A stretch of DNA of 64,000 nucleotides, taken from Acetobacteraceae bacterium (GTDB lineage: Bacteria > Pseudomonadota > Alphaproteobacteria > Acetobacterales > Acetobacteraceae). Shown one piece after another: positions 63,701-64,000 of this stretch. The DNA is taken from assembly GCA_036489395.1 (NCBI GenBank), contig DASXFW010000086.1:9333-73332 (forward strand). The letters run 5' to 3'. Position numbers and translations under genes: made by a program. The notes beneath the pieces are model-generated. The model ran no database searches and was not told the DNA's origin. It saw nothing but the letters and a program-made list of their open reading frames with translations. The stretch's first letter is position 1, and the number at the start of each line of letters is the position of its first letter.

Positions 63701-64000
63701 CATGTTCTGGAACAAGTCGAGATTGGTGCTGTAGCCGGTGAACTCCGCCGTACCGGCAAACTGGCATTCCGCCGGTTCGGTCCGGGTTTGCTCCACAGAG
63801 ACCAGCATGTATGTGGGTGTCGGCGGGATTTCCGGCGCGTCCTTGTTGTTGCTGTCCTTGGCACCGGCGTGCGGTTTGCGGTCGAGCAGTGCGACCACGT
63901 ATTCGAGTTCGATCTTTGGCGTAATGACATTGGCCGGGCGCGCGCGTACCGAGTTGGTCGCGGGCCCCTCCACGGTGATGCGGTCATCCTTCGCGGGATC
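60752..64000 (-). CDS. Giant (>1080 aa) protein with a single HExxH zinc-metallopeptidase-like motif and GG(S/T/A)GY-type repeat modules; 5' end probably beyond the window
   Basis: ORF 60752..63973. The frame stays open for the 9 codons up to position 64000 (DPAKDDRIT-VEGPATNS...). Features: VIHECGHAFG; repeated modules VAVANGGTGCTPASIG...VTITAQNGGAVTAVTVANRGRYQSPQP and TVANGGAGYDPGD...IIITSVSGDAVDGVAIYDPGEYTTKPANP; and a Cys-containing tail CVMYDSGPQPTGLHKYCSVCTPYLL. It is Lys-rich with lower GC than its neighbours. Confidence 0.8.
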   Translation of the reverse strand, partial: DPAKDDRITVEGPATNSVRARPANVITPKIELEYVVALLDRKPHAGAKDSNNKDAPEIPPTPTYMLVSVEQTRTEPAECQFAGTAEFTGYSTNLDLFQNMKCSKPAANLDALPAAGLTGTDKIKLWARGKKVSTAAFKLKLTLKGTEDVSQRFADPVTEDFNVSELKMTLNWNDQGKIAALQADPDQAAPGDYSLDKQLKTYHDDLVGLVIPDQITMNKKQKAGVGRFLHCQSADKSFSRARLVVNKLEAAQWPAETDDHMVTLEDGSDSGAIAVFKDADGTDPPDPMTVGDLKKKPVIVWVEGTTDSDTLCDSRLFLQLYRPERDLPRRRKRNADWARFTVVTIESVKVRYKPDPNKPEAWGVDPKRFYINFKDDPDGREVTLRARLTKNIPGVPLLFMLAPSPDNMKAANWGVDLPDRDIKTVTVASAHTAPSGTTLGGSTVSETPVDAKFVWKWNEISDELKHKDKNDRKYLVHKSKKTKSGKTVAFADMKVTLSRFGGDVFTALAYINEDPHLAKYVEGHTDAGGSAEPAKNLGARKPRPLGDAPSDPEVIEVWRKFWYQRVAVEGFDTKAGFTHGDLADAIAAYEEVVVVLDRTVADHDIDAATLNGMSPQAVYPRYMVIPNAATGSGDALVLSNSNKAQFFPSGAAPTKTPLRVPIAVCDAQWDPDGNTATKNTPFAAKAKFADVPTDDSGGTALAIGVNMGKDTCDPPLQGGDLFASGNYLVKEKIAGTSTTLAAVALASTDVFIAYQQRAVLGQVFVKWPAAVEDEFYLDGVAVANGGTGCTPASIGTSVTVNEAGVTAAQVTITAQNGGAVTAVTVANRGRYQSPQPALLTGANGLQLTPTWKPVVKQIKFTDLTVQGAKDFLGECQNGNLLAVYDPAEAADFTDTVIHECGHAFGQAPEGTPPNPPSSTHDSIPAHPNTKDLGKGNHCWFEAGTQKTSSAWVMTSATVANGGAGYDPGDVNEDEEVIGGNSETTAEIIITSVSGDAVDGVAIYDPGEYTTKPANPVAITTNNVTGAGLTIDVVWTEKEMDTSMPAANTPCVMYDSGPQPTGLHKYCSVCTPYLLAQDMSKFK

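Noticed and set aside
1-64000. Search for tRNA, rRNA, tmRNA, transposase, integrase, phage or cas genes
   Set aside because: None was found. There is no GGTTCGAATCC-type T-arm in any intergenic gap, no rRNA-like conserved stretches, and no DDE, tyrosine- or serine-recombinase motifs in any ORF. The abundant repeats are non-autonomous palindromes.

Overview
This is a 64-kb, high-GC chromosomal segment. Hand counts on 60-nt coding samples give about 60-68% G+C. The gene signature is alphaproteobacterial: a ChvI/ChvG two-component pair, a plant-type glutamate-cysteine ligase next to rsmE, a FYDLN-acid protein, and Tat-type signal peptides. I cannot name the genus.

I support about 55 protein-coding genes. 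I found no rRNA, tRNA, CRISPR array, transposase or integrase.

Gene content, left to right:
- Rieske oxygenase, truncated at the window edge and missing from the ORF track
- MlaC-like and DUF2147 proteins
- EmrAB-type efflux pair
- COG0523 GTPase, GT4 glycosyltransferase, HugZ-like protein
- chvI-chvG
- LVIVD-repeat protein and a sugar ABC transporter
- M20 peptidase
- An unusual tandem-repeat peptide locus at 20.3-24.0 kb, followed by gshA-rsmE
- MFS transporter, VOC protein, partial amino-acid ABC transporter
- M20 amidohydrolase and an SDR-type oxidoreductase
- DUF4139 protein, esterase, VapBC toxin-antitoxin pair
- An 18-kb acyl-thioester island at 39.5-57.4 kb: ThDP enzyme, FkbH-like protein, ACP, acyl-CoA dehydrogenase (ACAD), two AMP-ligases, MDR oxidoreductase, PaaI thioesterase, an ACAD pair, SCPx-type thiolase, DUF35 protein, and a second ThDP enzyme
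- DUF255 thioredoxin-domain protein
- A lower-GC giant HExxH protein that runs off the right edge, with a small partner gene

Nearly every intergenic gap longer than 150 bp is filled by a mosaic of palindromic repeat families, which I label here:
- RepA: arms gtcattgcgaggccgcttggccgaagcaatc / reverse complement
- RepE: sibling with arms gtcattgcgaggagcgaagcgacgaagcaacc
- RepB: gtcattgcgagttggccaccggcc..ggccgacccgccctggatgaaac
- RepC: G/C-tract palindrome ctccccttgagggaggggttgggggaggggtgc
- RepD: gtcatggccgggcttg..cccggccatgac
- RepF: gtcaatgccgacgcaggtcggcatccacg

These repeats and the high GC generate most of the phantom ORFs in the six-frame track.

The best candidate for something undescribed is the locus at 20650-24011. 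It contains five near-perfect 48-bp repeats encoding (STVRLGGLAPTLKPAV)x5, then a hairpin, then an uncharacterised 272-aa protein, with a convergent SARP/BTAD-TPR regulator.

All functional calls rest on motifs I can read in the translations. No database search was possible.
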